The notes beneath the pieces are model-generated. The model was not told the DNA's origin. It was given only the letters and a program-made list of their open reading frames with translations, and made no database searches. Shown here piece after piece: positions 8,493 to 17,177 of a DNA stretch of 32,745 nt. The stretch is from a virus. Taxonomy: Duplodnaviria > Heunggongvirae > Uroviricota > Caudoviricetes. Position numbers and translations under genes: made by a program. Every line of letters begins with the position of its first letter. The first letter of the stretch is position 1. Where the stretch lies: IMG/VR virus record IMGVR_UViG_2531839479_000007. One strand, written 5' to 3'.

Positions 8493-10177
8493 TATGCGAG
8501 TCTCACGATATAGTTAAATGCGATGTTTTTGATGGTGTTTTCTGCATTACCCGACGCGGCGATCGTAATGGTGTGACCGTGTGCGCCAATAGCAACGGAG
8601 TGCGAGTGTGCGCCAATCCCGACATTATGATTGTGGGCACCAATCGCCACGGTATGCGCGTGATTACCTGCAGTTGATGTTGTTTTCGTTCCCGTCGCTA
8701 TTTCGTTACCGTCGGCGGCCTGTCCCCCGGCCTGATCTCCCCGGTGTACGGTAAAAGTGTGCGCATGGTTGCCGGTTGCATTAGTGGTTTTTGTCCCGTA
8801 GTCAAAGGTCGTGGTGGTTTTCGTTCCGTGGTCAAAAGCACTGGTGGTTTTCGTCCCTAAATCGGTGCTCGATGCGCTGGCACCGTGGGCGTGCGATTTA
8901 ATGCCGTCCTGCTCCTGAGACAAAATAGCGCGCCCACTTGCGGGTTTACCTTTGATTGTCCAGCCCCGCATATCAGGAATAACACCCGATGGGTACACCA
9001 CAGCAAGCAGCGGATACGCGGCTTTATCAAAAGTTTGTCCCTGCATGACGGCATAGCCAGCAGGAACACTGTCAGACGGCCACGCAACGGGAGCGCCTAC
9101 CGGAAAAACATCATCAGGCGTCCACGGTGTCCATGCGCCTGTTGAATACTGACTGCGCGAGTAGCTCCGGGAGCTGTTATAAACCCGGTATACCTGAGTC
9201 ACTCCGGCATTTTTATAAATGACCAGCGTCCCGGCGTTATTTTCAGGGTAATGTCTGGCGGCTGAGGTATTAGAATTCGCTGGCTGAAAGTAAATACCCG
9301 GCGTTTTAAGGGTGTCTAAATCCTCCGTTACCAGCCCAATAGCCTGACCGTCGAAAATATCCTTCGAGGTGACACTGGTGTCAGCATTCAGGGAATGTCC
9401 GTTAATTTTACGCGTGGAGGGAACGCGGCCATTAGCATTATCATTCGCCACTTTGACCGCTTTCGGTGTCGCAGCAAGCACCTCAGACACGCTGTCGGTG
9501 GCGCTACTGAGCTGGACAATCCCCTTCTGTGCCGTGGTCGCGTCCTGAGCCGTATATTTACCTTTCGCAAGGTCATACGCCACCTTGACCGCTTTCGGCG
9601 TTGCGGCGAGCGCCTCAGACGTGCTGTCGGTCGCACTGCTTAACTGCGTGAACCCTTTTTCTTTCAGCGTGGCGTCAGGATGGCGACGGGACTGCTCATG
9701 CTCTGCGAGTTTATCGTCGACATAATCCTGCGTCGCCATCACCAGTGTCGTATCGATGGACAGCTCGACGGTGTCGATATCGCTCACCATGATCACCATG
9801 CGCAGCGTCTGTGCGCGGCCTGACCCTTCCGCCAGTTCGGGCTTATAACTTTCGGCCATATTGCCGACCGCAATCAGCGTGCCGGTGTCATCGTAAAGCC
9901 CCATTTCACGCAGCCAGAAACCGCCGGTCTCCGGGGGGATCACCAGCTCCGCCACGACATAATTTTTATGTTTTTTGTCCAGGCTGATTTTGTTCAGCGC
10001 ATGGCGCCAGACCTCATTGACGAGTTTTGTCTGACTGGCGTCTGGTTCGGGCAGCTTACCGCCACCGTCCCCGACGGCCATCACCGCAAAATTGACTTTT
10101 TTCCCGTTCGGGAGCGTCGCCGCCGCCAGTTTTTCCGCACCGGCTCGGGTGATAACGGTTTTATATTTCACTGTCAT
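8492..10177 (-). CDS. H: Tail fiber protein H: conserved P2-like N-terminal shaft, divergent His-rich C-terminal tip
   Basis: 561 aa; N-terminus [20 protein letters not shown]... and repeated [23 protein letters not shown] motif as in P2 gpH; C-terminal HxH repeats (HAH, HNH, HSH, HGH). Confidence 0.9.
   Translation of the reverse strand: MTVKYKTVITRAGAEKLAAATLPNGKKVNFAVMAVGDGGGKLPEPDASQTKLVNEVWRHALNKISLDKKHKNYVVAELVIPPETGGFWLREMGLYDDTGTLIAVGNMAESYKPELAEGSGRAQTLRMVIMVSDIDTVELSIDTTLVMATQDYVDDKLAEHEQSRRHPDATLKEKGFTQLSSATDSTSEALAATPKAVKVAYDLAKGKYTAQDATTAQKGIVQLSSATDSVSEVLAATPKAVKVANDNANGRVPSTRKINGHSLNADTSVTSKDIFDGQAIGLVTEDLDTLKTPGIYFQPANSNTSAARHYPENNAGTLVIYKNAGVTQVYRVYNSSRSYSRSQYSTGAWTPWTPDDVFPVGAPVAWPSDSVPAGYAVMQGQTFDKAAYPLLAVVYPSGVIPDMRGWTIKGKPASGRAILSQEQDGIKSHAHGASASSTDLGTKTTSAFDHGTKTTTTFDYGTKTTNATGNHAHTFTVHRGDQAGGQAADGNEIATGTKTTSTAGNHAHTVAIGAHNHNVGIGAHSHSVAIGAHGHTITIAASGNAENTIKNIAFNYIVRLA
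9448..9655 (-). repeat. Intragenic tandem direct repeat in H (two ~76-bp units 132 bp apart) encoding the tail-fibre repeat motif
   Basis: Units at 9448-9523 and 9580-9655 align with few mismatches and encode [25 protein letters not shown] / [25 protein letters not shown]. Confidence 0.6.
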
Positions 10178-10188
10178 TGTGTTCTCAC

Positions 10189-10719
10189 TTATCCGGGGTA
10201 AACCGTGATGATGTCGCCGTCGTAGGTCAGGGCTCCGGTGAAGAGATAACCCGGGATGTCCTGAATAATATTCAGGCCGATAAGATGGCGACTGGCTGGC
10301 TTTGCATCGGCAATCAGCCTTTCCATTTCGTAATACATTTCCTCGGTGATGCCGGTCTTCAGCACGCCGATATCAAGGCGAAACGTGCCCGGCGGGTCGT
10401 TCGTCTCCCACCACTCCGTCACGTTAATCAGATACCCGAGCGGCTCGACCACACGACGCACCGCGCCTATCGTCCCTTTATGCGCATGGATAAACCACGC
10501 GCTGCGGATAACCTCGCGTTTGGTTTCTTCCGGCCAGCTCTCATCCCAGCGATCAACCGAAAACGCCCAGGCCAGCCACGGCAGCAGATTTGCGGGGCAG
10601 TTGTCAGGGTTCCAGAGGTGACGCAGCGGGACAGGGGTATTTTCGATATCCGCGCAGGCGCGCGCCGCCGCCACCTCAAGCGGCGACGAGCCCACCGGCA
10701 GCAAACGGTTATCACTCAT
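10189..10719 (-). CDS. I: Baseplate assembly protein I
   Basis: 176 aa, same length as P2 gpI; overlaps the end of J. Confidence 0.9.
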   Translation of the reverse strand: MSDNRLLPVGSSPLEVAAARACADIENTPVPLRHLWNPDNCPANLLPWLAWAFSVDRWDESWPEETKREVIRSAWFIHAHKGTIGAVRRVVEPLGYLINVTEWWETNDPPGTFRLDIGVLKTGITEEMYYEMERLIADAKPASRHLIGLNIIQDIPGYLFTGALTYDGDIITVYPG

Positions 10720-11620
10720 CGTTGCCCCCGATATTTACGCTGTACGCAGTGCAATATGACGCCTGCGTCTCATTGAGTACGATGTCAGCGACCGGCGCGA
10801 CAAGTTCGACACGCTGCACGCCCTCGACGTGAAGCGCGGCATAGATGGCAGACTTGCGGATGTCACGCCCGAGCCGGTGCTGCGCGCTGATATAGGTCTG
10901 CAGCTTCGCTTTTGCCGCACTGAGCACCGGCTCGCTTTCGGGGCCGGGATAAAGATAAAGCGCGGCATCGATGGTGTAGTCGACAATGACCGCCGACTGC
11001 ACGGTCACGCGGTCAGCAACCGGCCTCACATCCTCATCGTTCAGCGCATTACGCACCACGGCGAGCAGCTCCCCGGATGCCGCGCCGTTATTCTCCCGGG
11101 ACAGTACCGACACGGTCACGCAGGCAGGTTCCGGGCTGATAACAGAAATATCGGCGACCCGCCCGTCAGCGCTGCGGCCATGAAACTGATACGCACCGGT
11201 CGACCCGGCCACGCTCATTCCTTCAAAGGCCTGTTGAATACGCAGACGGTAATCGGTGTCCGACTCCATCACAGCAGGTGTCGGCGGCAGCGTGGTTTCA
11301 TCAGCAGGCGTAATAACGAGACGTTCAACGTTGTAATTTGCGCCGATATTGTCGAGGTCGTTTGCGGCAGCACAGGCCAGCATCACCGCCCGTGCCGACT
11401 CATTCACCCGCTGACGCCAGATAACCTCCCGATACGCATTTTCCTGCAGCAGCTTAACAATCGGCTCAGATTCAAGCGTCAGCGTGCGCGCGACCGCGTC
11501 CTGTTGCTCTTCGGGATACAGCGAGACAAGCGTCGCTTTTCGCTCTGTCAGGATGGTTTCATAATCCAGCTCTTCCACAACATCAGGTGCGGCGAGCTGG
11601 CTCAGGTCAACAATAGCCAT
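10712..11620 (-). CDS. J: Baseplate assembly protein J
   Basis: 302 aa, same length as P2 gpJ; ATG at 11618-11620. Confidence 0.9.
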   Translation of the reverse strand: MAIVDLSQLAAPDVVEELDYETILTERKATLVSLYPEEQQDAVARTLTLESEPIVKLLQENAYREVIWRQRVNESARAVMLACAAANDLDNIGANYNVERLVITPADETTLPPTPAVMESDTDYRLRIQQAFEGMSVAGSTGAYQFHGRSADGRVADISVISPEPACVTVSVLSRENNGAASGELLAVVRNALNDEDVRPVADRVTVQSAVIVDYTIDAALYLYPGPESEPVLSAAKAKLQTYISAQHRLGRDIRKSAIYAALHVEGVQRVELVAPVADIVLNETQASYCTAYSVNIGGNDE

Positions 11621-11625
11621 AACGT

Positions 11626-11976
11626 TTAACTCAGTGGAAGGGTGATAGAAAAAGGCTGGCCTGATGCCGAACGCGTGCCGGTCATATCGACGTACATCGC
11701 GCCGTCATCCTCTCCGCGTTCAAAGGTGATGGTCGACAAACTGACGCGCGGTTCCCACTTCTGGATCGCGGAGTAGCACGCGGCCATAATCTGCAGACGC
11801 AGCGCCGGGGTCTGCGGCTGGTCAATCAGTGCAGACAACAGCGAGCCATATTCGCGGCGCATGACCCGCGATCCCACCGGCGTGACCAGAATGTCGCGCA
11901 CGCTTTGCCTGATGTGCTCAACCTCAGAAATACTGAGGCCGGTCTGGCTGTTCATTCCCAGATAACGCACCGTCAT
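11626..11976 (-). CDS. W: Baseplate wedge protein W (gp25-like)
   Basis: 116 aa, gpW-like; ATG overlaps V stop (ATGA at 11973-11976). Confidence 0.9.
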   Translation of the reverse strand: MTVRYLGMNSQTGLSISEVEHIRQSVRDILVTPVGSRVMRREYGSLLSALIDQPQTPALRLQIMAACYSAIQKWEPRVSLSTITFERGEDDGAMYVDMTGTRSASGQPFSITLPLS

Positions 11977-12614
11977 TTGACCCCCTTCGTCCAGTTTCCG
12001 CCTGGCTCCACGCCACCATGATCGTGGTCATCGACCTGCACGCCATTTGAGGTAAATTTCCCGCCGGTGTGCTCGATGTTCCCCGACATCGTCCCGCCTT
12101 TTTTCACTTCGAGCGTGCCGGTTGTCAGCTTGTTGGTACACACCACCTCGGGTGTATCGAGGGTGATGCGGGTGGATGCCTTAACCAGTACCAGCGGCAC
12201 GGTGGCAGTAATGGACTCTGATGCAATGACGTCGGCAGTTTTAATACCGGACACGGTGAGCGCCCCGTTTTCGGGTTCGTACTCAATAACCGCCCCGTCA
12301 GGAAACGAGACATGCAGGGCATCGGGTGAGGCAGACGGCGCGGGATGGTCATCAGAGAAAATACCAGGCAGCACAAAGGCAGTGTCGAGTTCGCCCCCAA
12401 TGGCAAGAATGAGCACCTGCTCGCCAACGGAAGGAGCCCACCACACCCGTGAGCGACCGGCGCGACAGGTCAGCCAGTTAAGCCACGTGGTTTGCATCCC
12501 TCCGGTCTGCACACGACAAAGCCCCTCAACGGGTTCAACGTCTGTCACAACGCCGGTGCGGATAAGGTTGCGGATCGCACGAGCGATTTCCTGCAGAGAA
12601 GTTAAATTGTTCAT
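11973..12614 (-). CDS. V: Baseplate spike protein V
   Basis: Start set at MNNLTSLQEIARAIRNL (ATG 12612-12614), matching the P2 gpV N-terminus; the ORF-track start at 12716 is a longer upstream extension. Confidence 0.85.
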   Translation of the reverse strand: MNNLTSLQEIARAIRNLIRTGVVTDVEPVEGLCRVQTGGMQTTWLNWLTCRAGRSRVWWAPSVGEQVLILAIGGELDTAFVLPGIFSDDHPAPSASPDALHVSFPDGAVIEYEPENGALTVSGIKTADVIASESITATVPLVLVKASTRITLDTPEVVCTNKLTTGTLEVKKGGTMSGNIEHTGGKFTSNGVQVDDHDHGGVEPGGNWTKGVK

Positions 12615-12697
12615 GGGGAAAGGATGCCGCCGGGGAGGGGCAGCAGCAATCGAGCGGGGTTTTATGAGGGATGAAACAACAAACGGCAACTCAGACT

Positions 12698-12715
12698 TGT
12701 CATTACAGACCAACA
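12698..12715 (-). promoter_or_regulatory. Candidate Ogr-dependent late promoter element upstream of V (TGT-N12-ACA dyad)
   Basis: TGTCATTACAGACCAACA: TGT at 12698-12700 and ACA at 12713-12715 separated by 12 nt, about 90 bp upstream of the V start. Confidence 0.4.
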
Positions 12716-13003
12716 CCTCCTTTGAGGGGCTGATTGAAACCTAGTCGAACATCCAGCGTTGTTCCTTAGCTGCGTGACAATGTTTTTGAACACAGTATTG
12801 GCCAAAGCTGAGCCGAAATTGGCATCCTACGAAAAATTCGATTTCTCTAGCCAGTAGTTCGATTTTAGATTTTGTATTACCTTACTCAATGAGTTTTTGG
12901 TCAGATTTTTAACACACTCAACGCCAAAAGCGGGCGCTCACGTAAACATATCCATTTTTGCTTGAGACATATTTACTATTACAGTGAGCAGTTTATCTGT
13001 TTT

Positions 13004-13032
13004 CCAAAAGAGGCAGAGGTATATTTCTGCCT
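13004..13032 (-). terminator. Candidate terminator downstream of the moron gene
   Basis: AGGCAGA / 8-nt loop / TCTGCCT hairpin at 13011-13032 followed on the minus strand by CTTTTGG; starts 14 nt below the moron stop. Confidence 0.35.
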
Positions 13033-13045
13033 AGCGCATGTTGCC

Positions 13046-14032
13046 TTATGGATTTGACTTCCCTGAAGTCTCTTTTTTTATTTCAAATTTCCCACCCTTG
13101 AACATGATATTCGAATCTTTGATTCCATACAAAAGCATTTCATAAGGATGGTTAATTTTTTGTTCTTTTGTAGCGATACTGGAATTCATCAATTGCAACA
13201 AAGCCACATGATGTTCACTCGCCCCTAACTCTACCATTTTGGTAGCCATGTTGCTTATCTGTTCTCGTTTTAAAAAATCTTCCCGGAGAGAAAGTAACGT
13301 TAAACTTCGTGCGTTACAAAACTTTATCATGTAAACAACAAACGCACCTAACCCAATATAGGAAAACGATAATGCTAAATAAATAGACGGTGTGGTTATT
13401 ATGTTTTGCCCAAATATAAGAAAACCCAGCAGGCCAAAAAAATAAAAAACATTCACCAAAATAAACATGTTACTCATCAGAGCCTTTGTACTTCGAGTTG
13501 CATCATATTCTTTCTCCAGATGCTCCAAAAATGATGATATTTTTATTAAATTTAACTTTTCAATTGTTTCCTTCTCTAAAATCTTGAATTGCTCACTCTC
13601 TCTAATTAATTTTTTGGTAGTGTCCTCCACTGTATCATGCAATGATTCAGTGATCGCCTCTTCAATTTTATTTTCAGAAAACACGCTTGTTAAAGCGTAA
13701 TTGGCTAATTCCTTTTGTCTTTTCTCGATTAAACTTTCGACATTTTCTCTGTACGCATCAAAATATTTTTGACCACTCTCGTTTAGCAATATTTTACGAA
13801 TATGAAATTTTATTTTCTCATCTGCCATTGGTTGGCTTTCAGTGTTACCATTCTTCTTTGTGTTATTATCTTTAGTTTCCGCATTATACCTGTCCTTGCC
13901 TGAATCAAGTAAGTTCCGTGAAATGAATTTCACCACAGGACCACGCAGAATAGCTATAGCTATTGCCATTGCAAGAATGAATGGTGAAGCATCAATAAAT
14001 GATCGCGCAAATACGAAAGAGATTTCACTCAT
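13046..14032 (-). CDS. AT-rich moron: predicted membrane protein of unknown function (N-terminal TM helix, charged central region, two further TM helices, soluble C-terminal domain)
   Basis: Start set at ATG 14030-14032 (AGGGA 8 nt upstream); hydrophobic stretches SPFILAMAIAIAIL, MFILVNVFYFFGLLGFLIFG, IYLALSFSYIGLGAFVVYMIKF; sharp drop in GC relative to V and S on either side. Confidence 0.6.
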   Translation of the reverse strand: MSEISFVFARSFIDASPFILAMAIAIAILRGPVVKFISRNLLDSGKDRYNAETKDNNTKKNGNTESQPMADEKIKFHIRKILLNESGQKYFDAYRENVESLIEKRQKELANYALTSVFSENKIEEAITESLHDTVEDTTKKLIRESEQFKILEKETIEKLNLIKISSFLEHLEKEYDATRSTKALMSNMFILVNVFYFFGLLGFLIFGQNIITTPSIYLALSFSYIGLGAFVVYMIKFCNARSLTLLSLREDFLKREQISNMATKMVELGASEHHVALLQLMNSSIATKEQKINHPYEMLLYGIKDSNIMFKGGKFEIKKETSGKSNP

Positions 14033-14075
14033 AAACATTTCCCTATCTAAAATCAAAGAGTTTACTTTTACCCAT

Positions 14076-14104
14076 ATTTTCTACTGACTGAACCAGTTTG
14101 ACAA
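14076..14104 (-). promoter_or_regulatory. Candidate sigma70-type promoter for the moron gene
   Basis: Minus strand TTGTCA (plus 14099-14104), 17-nt spacer, GAAAAT (plus 14076-14081), about 45 nt upstream of the ATG; weak -10, so tentative. Confidence 0.25.
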
Positions 14105-14345
14105 GAGAGATAAGCATCTTTAATATCGATTTTGCCCATTAGGCATGAAAATAAAAAATACCACATGAAATCAATATCATACAATGACCACGCGTTGACC
14201 TCATCCATAACCAATAAATTATCTGATCATGAAATTCTTGATATGCATTGCAGAATTCGATTTCCACCATTTCGCTTTTAGATGTTCATCAAATATCAAC
14301 ACCCCACTATCAGTAGTTGACAGATCAACTCGTAGCTAATTCAAA

Positions 14346-14786
14346 TCAGATGAGTAAAAAAAGATCCTCAATTAATTGTATATCGTTCCTGCTAAATCCG
14401 AGTAACTGGCGTTCTGGATATTGCACGTCCTGAGCATGAGGGTTTGGCCGGTCTTTGAGTCCGAACTGATGAATCTGCGCGATGCGTTGCACCTTGCCAG
14501 TGAATTCCACCACGGCAGTATCATTGCGGCCACTGGCTTTCATGTAGCGACTGGTTCGCAACTTCTGAAACATCGCCCGTTTAATGCGTCCTTTTTTTGC
14601 CCTCAGCGGCTGGCGTTTTCGTGCCTGATACGGCGTGCCATCAGGTGCTTTTTGCTGTTTGATTCGTTGCTGTTGCGATCTGCGCAGTTCCTTCGCAATC
14701 TCAGCGGCCAGCTTGCGCCGACCCACCGGTGATATTGCCGCAATCAGTCCCGCAAGTTTGTCATCAAAAGGTTTAAATTCATTCAT
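14346..14786 (-). CDS. S: Tail completion protein S
   Basis: 146 aa, gpS-like; ATG at 14784-14786 overlapping the R stop. Confidence 0.9.
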   Translation of the reverse strand: MNEFKPFDDKLAGLIAAISPVGRRKLAAEIAKELRRSQQQRIKQQKAPDGTPYQARKRQPLRAKKGRIKRAMFQKLRTSRYMKASGRNDTAVVEFTGKVQRIAQIHQFGLKDRPNPHAQDVQYPERQLLGFSRNDIQLIEDLFLLI

Positions 14787-15246
14787 CCCATTTGCTCACC
14801 AGTTCGCCATTGATATACAGCTCAGTCGGTCGCGTCACCGGCTCGGGTAATGGTGGCTCAGGTGCATAGCTGACATGCAGCGCCCCGTTTTCATCCCTGA
14901 CGAGGGTGCGCTCGGTAAGCTGCAGGCTGATACTGATATCAACATTATCCCCGTCATTTAAATCCATCTGGAATCGATAACCCTTTTTGCGCCCCTCATC
15001 CAGCGTGCAGATGTCCGGCTGGTTCTCACGCAGCCACGCGGCTACCGGCACGAAAATCAGGTCAGGGTCGCCGACAAAATCGCAGACAATCACATTCAGG
15101 GTGTAATTCTTTTCATGAGACAGCGAGGCCGCAAGACGCGCATCGATATTCCCCTCATCGGCAAAGATACGCATCATTTCGGGATTGTTTTTTAACTGCG
15201 GTACAGCGTCAGTAAGCGCCTGGCGCAGGCTTTTCATTTTCTGCAT
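14779..15246 (-). CDS. R: Tail completion protein R
   Basis: 155 aa, same length as P2 gpR; AGGA RBS upstream of ATG at 15244-15246. Confidence 0.9.
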   Translation of the reverse strand: MQKMKSLRQALTDAVPQLKNNPEMMRIFADEGNIDARLAASLSHEKNYTLNVIVCDFVGDPDLIFVPVAAWLRENQPDICTLDEGRKKGYRFQMDLNDGDNVDISISLQLTERTLVRDENGALHVSYAPEPPLPEPVTRPTELYINGELVSKWDE

Positions 15247-15499
15247 CGATTTTATCCTGACAGTCTTTGATGGTTTCGACCTTTATCGCGCAGGCGGTGA
15301 GCGCGTGCTCAAGCCTGCGAATATCGGCACTCAGGTCGCCGTTAGTTGTGGGCTCGCTTCCCGGCATCGGGCAGAGGCTCACCTTCTGGCAGGCGTTGTA
15401 AACAATGACCGGCGGAGGCGCAGCCGGTGCGGGTGTGCAACCGGCGCACAGCATCAGGCAAGTCAGCGCTATACCAGCGGCGCAAATCCTCGTTTTCAT
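15209..15499 (-). CDS. lysC: LysC, o-spanin (Rz1-like outer-membrane lipoprotein) nested out of frame in lysB and overlapping R
   Basis: 96 aa; signal peptide plus lipobox LCAGC; proline-rich mature part (TPAPAAPPPV); starts inside lysB in another frame and ends inside R. Confidence 0.75.
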   Translation of the reverse strand: MKTRICAAGIALTCLMLCAGCTPAPAAPPPVIVYNACQKVSLCPMPGSEPTTNGDLSADIRRLEHALTACAIKVETIKDCQDKIDAENEKPAPGAY

Positions 15500-15767
15500 T
15501 CAGCAGCCTCGTTATGGTTTGTTCACGTCTTACCGCCAGCTCTCCGGCGGCGTTCAGCTCGTCGCTGAGCCTGACCTGCGCGGCTTCATTCGTCCTGGCG
15601 ATGCGCTGCGATACGGCAAACTGATTTTTCAGCATACCAATCGTCGTCTTTTGCTCATTGGCGACCCGGTTCGCCTTTTCAAAGGAGCGGGATAAATTCG
15701 CGTTATCGTGGCGCAGCCACAGCACCACGGCGAGCAGCCCGGCCAGCAGAATAATCAGCACTTTCAT
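15342..15767 (-). CDS. lysB: LysB, i-spanin (Rz-like)
   Basis: Start set at MKVLIILLAGLLAVVLWL (ATG 15765-15767); 141 aa as P2 LysB; N-terminal TM helix plus coiled-coil-like periplasmic part; ATGA overlap with the endolysin stop. Confidence 0.85.
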   Translation of the reverse strand: MKVLIILLAGLLAVVLWLRHDNANLSRSFEKANRVANEQKTTIGMLKNQFAVSQRIARTNEAAQVRLSDELNAAGELAVRREQTITRLLNENEDLRRWYSADLPDAVRRLHTRTGCASAGHCLQRLPEGEPLPDAGKRAHN

Positions 15768-16273
15768 TGCATCCCCTTCACGCAGTAAGCCCACTCCCGA
15801 TCGCGTCGGTTTTCCAGCCCCCGGTTTCGGACACCATTCACGTACACCCAGCGGGTGAGCTGGTCGCACGCCTGCCACCACTGATGACGCTTTATATACG
15901 AGACCAGCGTCGAACGGCAGGCAGCGCCCGTTCCCACGTTAAAGGCAAAACTGACCAGCGTGTCATAGACGCGCGGTGGCATATCCACCGGCACACAGAC
16001 CGCGAGCCGTTGCTCGACGTTGAGCACATCGGCAATGAGATTCTCCGCCGCGCGCTGTTCGGTAATATCCCCTTTCAGGACCACCCCGGCAGTGTGGCCG
16101 ATGCCCGACGTCCACACTCCCGCGCTGCACTGGTAAGGTGTCAGGCGACATCCTTCGAGGTCGGCAATCAGTGCCAGCCCCTCGGGCGAGGTGTTAAGCA
16201 GACGAAAATCAGGCACCAGTGCCGCCAGCGCCAGCACGGCGGCCACACTGCAGCGTTTAATGATTGAGCTCAC
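15764..16273 (-). CDS. SAR (signal-anchor-release) endolysin, lysozyme family, from internal GTG start
   Basis: From GTG at 16271-16273 (AAGGGG 6 nt upstream): N-terminal SAR-like IIKRCSVAAVLALAALV then ...LEGCRLTPYQCSAGVWTSGIGHT..., resembling phage 21 R-type SAR endolysins. Confidence 0.65.
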   Translation of the reverse strand: MSSIIKRCSVAAVLALAALVPDFRLLNTSPEGLALIADLEGCRLTPYQCSAGVWTSGIGHTAGVVLKGDITEQRAAENLIADVLNVEQRLAVCVPVDMPPRVYDTLVSFAFNVGTGAACRSTLVSYIKRHQWWQACDQLTRWVYVNGVRNRGLENRRDREWAYCVKGMQ

Positions 16274-16477
16274 GGGCAGCCCCTTATCGGGTCCAAGTGA
16301 GGTCAGGTAGCGGTAGGTTTTACGCTTAAACCAGTAATTCGTCAGCGCGGTAAAAATGGCGCAGGCACTCCCCACATAGAGCGCCAGCTTTTCGGGGGAC
16401 ATAGCCCCGAAATACGCCAGCCCCACGGCCAGCCAGTAAGCGAAAAACGTCGTGATTTTTTCCACACTCAGTCCCAT
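15764..16477 (-). CDS. Full 237-aa reading frame: phage-21-type pinholin-like N-terminal domain continuing in frame into the SAR endolysin (no stop between them)
   Basis: ATG at 16475-16477 overlapping the end of X; two TM helices and ...FTALTNYWFKRKTYRY resembling S21 pinholin; the frame runs uninterrupted into the endolysin. Confidence 0.5.
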   Translation of the reverse strand: MGLSVEKITTFFAYWLAVGLAYFGAMSPEKLALYVGSACAIFTALTNYWFKRKTYRYLTSLGPDKGLPVSSIIKRCSVAAVLALAALVPDFRLLNTSPEGLALIADLEGCRLTPYQCSAGVWTSGIGHTAGVVLKGDITEQRAAENLIADVLNVEQRLAVCVPVDMPPRVYDTLVSFAFNVGTGAACRSTLVSYIKRHQWWQACDQLTRWVYVNGVRNRGLENRRDREWAYCVKGMQ

Positions 16478-16671
16478 AAATTCACCGTTTCAGTTTTCGG
16501 GGCGCTGTCGGTTTCGGGCAGTTCTATTGTCGTGCCGTGCGGCAGAATAACGCCCAGCTCCGACAGCCCCGGATTCGCCCACAGCACCGTTTCAACGACG
16601 CCCTCAGTGCGCCCGTAATACCGGGCGCAAATCACATCAAGGGTGTCACCCTGCATCGCATAAACCTTCAT
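16468..16671 (-). CDS. X: Tail protein X (LysM-like)
   Basis: Start set at MKVYAMQGDTLDVICARYYGRTEGVVETVL (ATG 16669-16671, ATGA overlap with L stop); 67 aa as P2 gpX. Confidence 0.85.
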   Translation of the reverse strand: MKVYAMQGDTLDVICARYYGRTEGVVETVLWANPGLSELGVILPHGTTIELPETDSAPKTETVNLWD

Positions 16672-17177
16672 CAGATTTGGCCGACAATACAGCGCGGCTT
16701 GTCCTGAATACGCGCCACCGACCAGCGCATATCCCGCCACAGTTCATCGATAACCGCCTCGGCGCTTTCCGCCTTGCGGTCACCTTTCGCCGTCGCATCG
16801 ATGCCGCGATAGCGTTCAAACAGGGTGGCACTGGTCATGGCGCAAACGGCGCGGAAATAGTGGAAACAGCGCACGCTTTCACCGTCGATATCATCGGCAG
16901 GCACATCCGCCAGCGTCTGATGACCTGCAGCCATCTGGTCAGCCCGCCACAGGGCAAGCTCCGCATTGGTTTCGGCCATACCGGCTTTAATCGCATCATT
17001 CAGGCGCAGCGGGGAAACGGTCTGCTCCAGACGCATCAACTCACGCACGCGCTTCGGATCAACATCAGGAAAAAAGAAGGTGTTTTTAATTACCGGCTCG
17101 CTCACGCCCGGTGGCGGTATCACCACGCCCGGCACGTCCTGCGGCTCTTTTTTTGGCTCAATAATCACTGTCGTCAT
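16671..17177 (-). CDS. L: Head completion/stabilization protein L
   Basis: 168 aa, gpL-like; ATG at 17175-17177. Confidence 0.9.
   Translation of the reverse strand: MTTVIIEPKKEPQDVPGVVIPPPGVSEPVIKNTFFFPDVDPKRVRELMRLEQTVSPLRLNDAIKAGMAETNAELALWRADQMAAGHQTLADVPADDIDGESVRCFHYFRAVCAMTSATLFERYRGIDATAKGDRKAESAEAVIDELWRDMRWSVARIQDKPRCIVGQI

Noticed and set aside
10177-11629. Plus-strand ORFs of 199 and 266 aa overlapping I and J
   Set aside because: Antisense to the conserved baseplate genes; Arg-rich translations typical of GC-rich antisense frames
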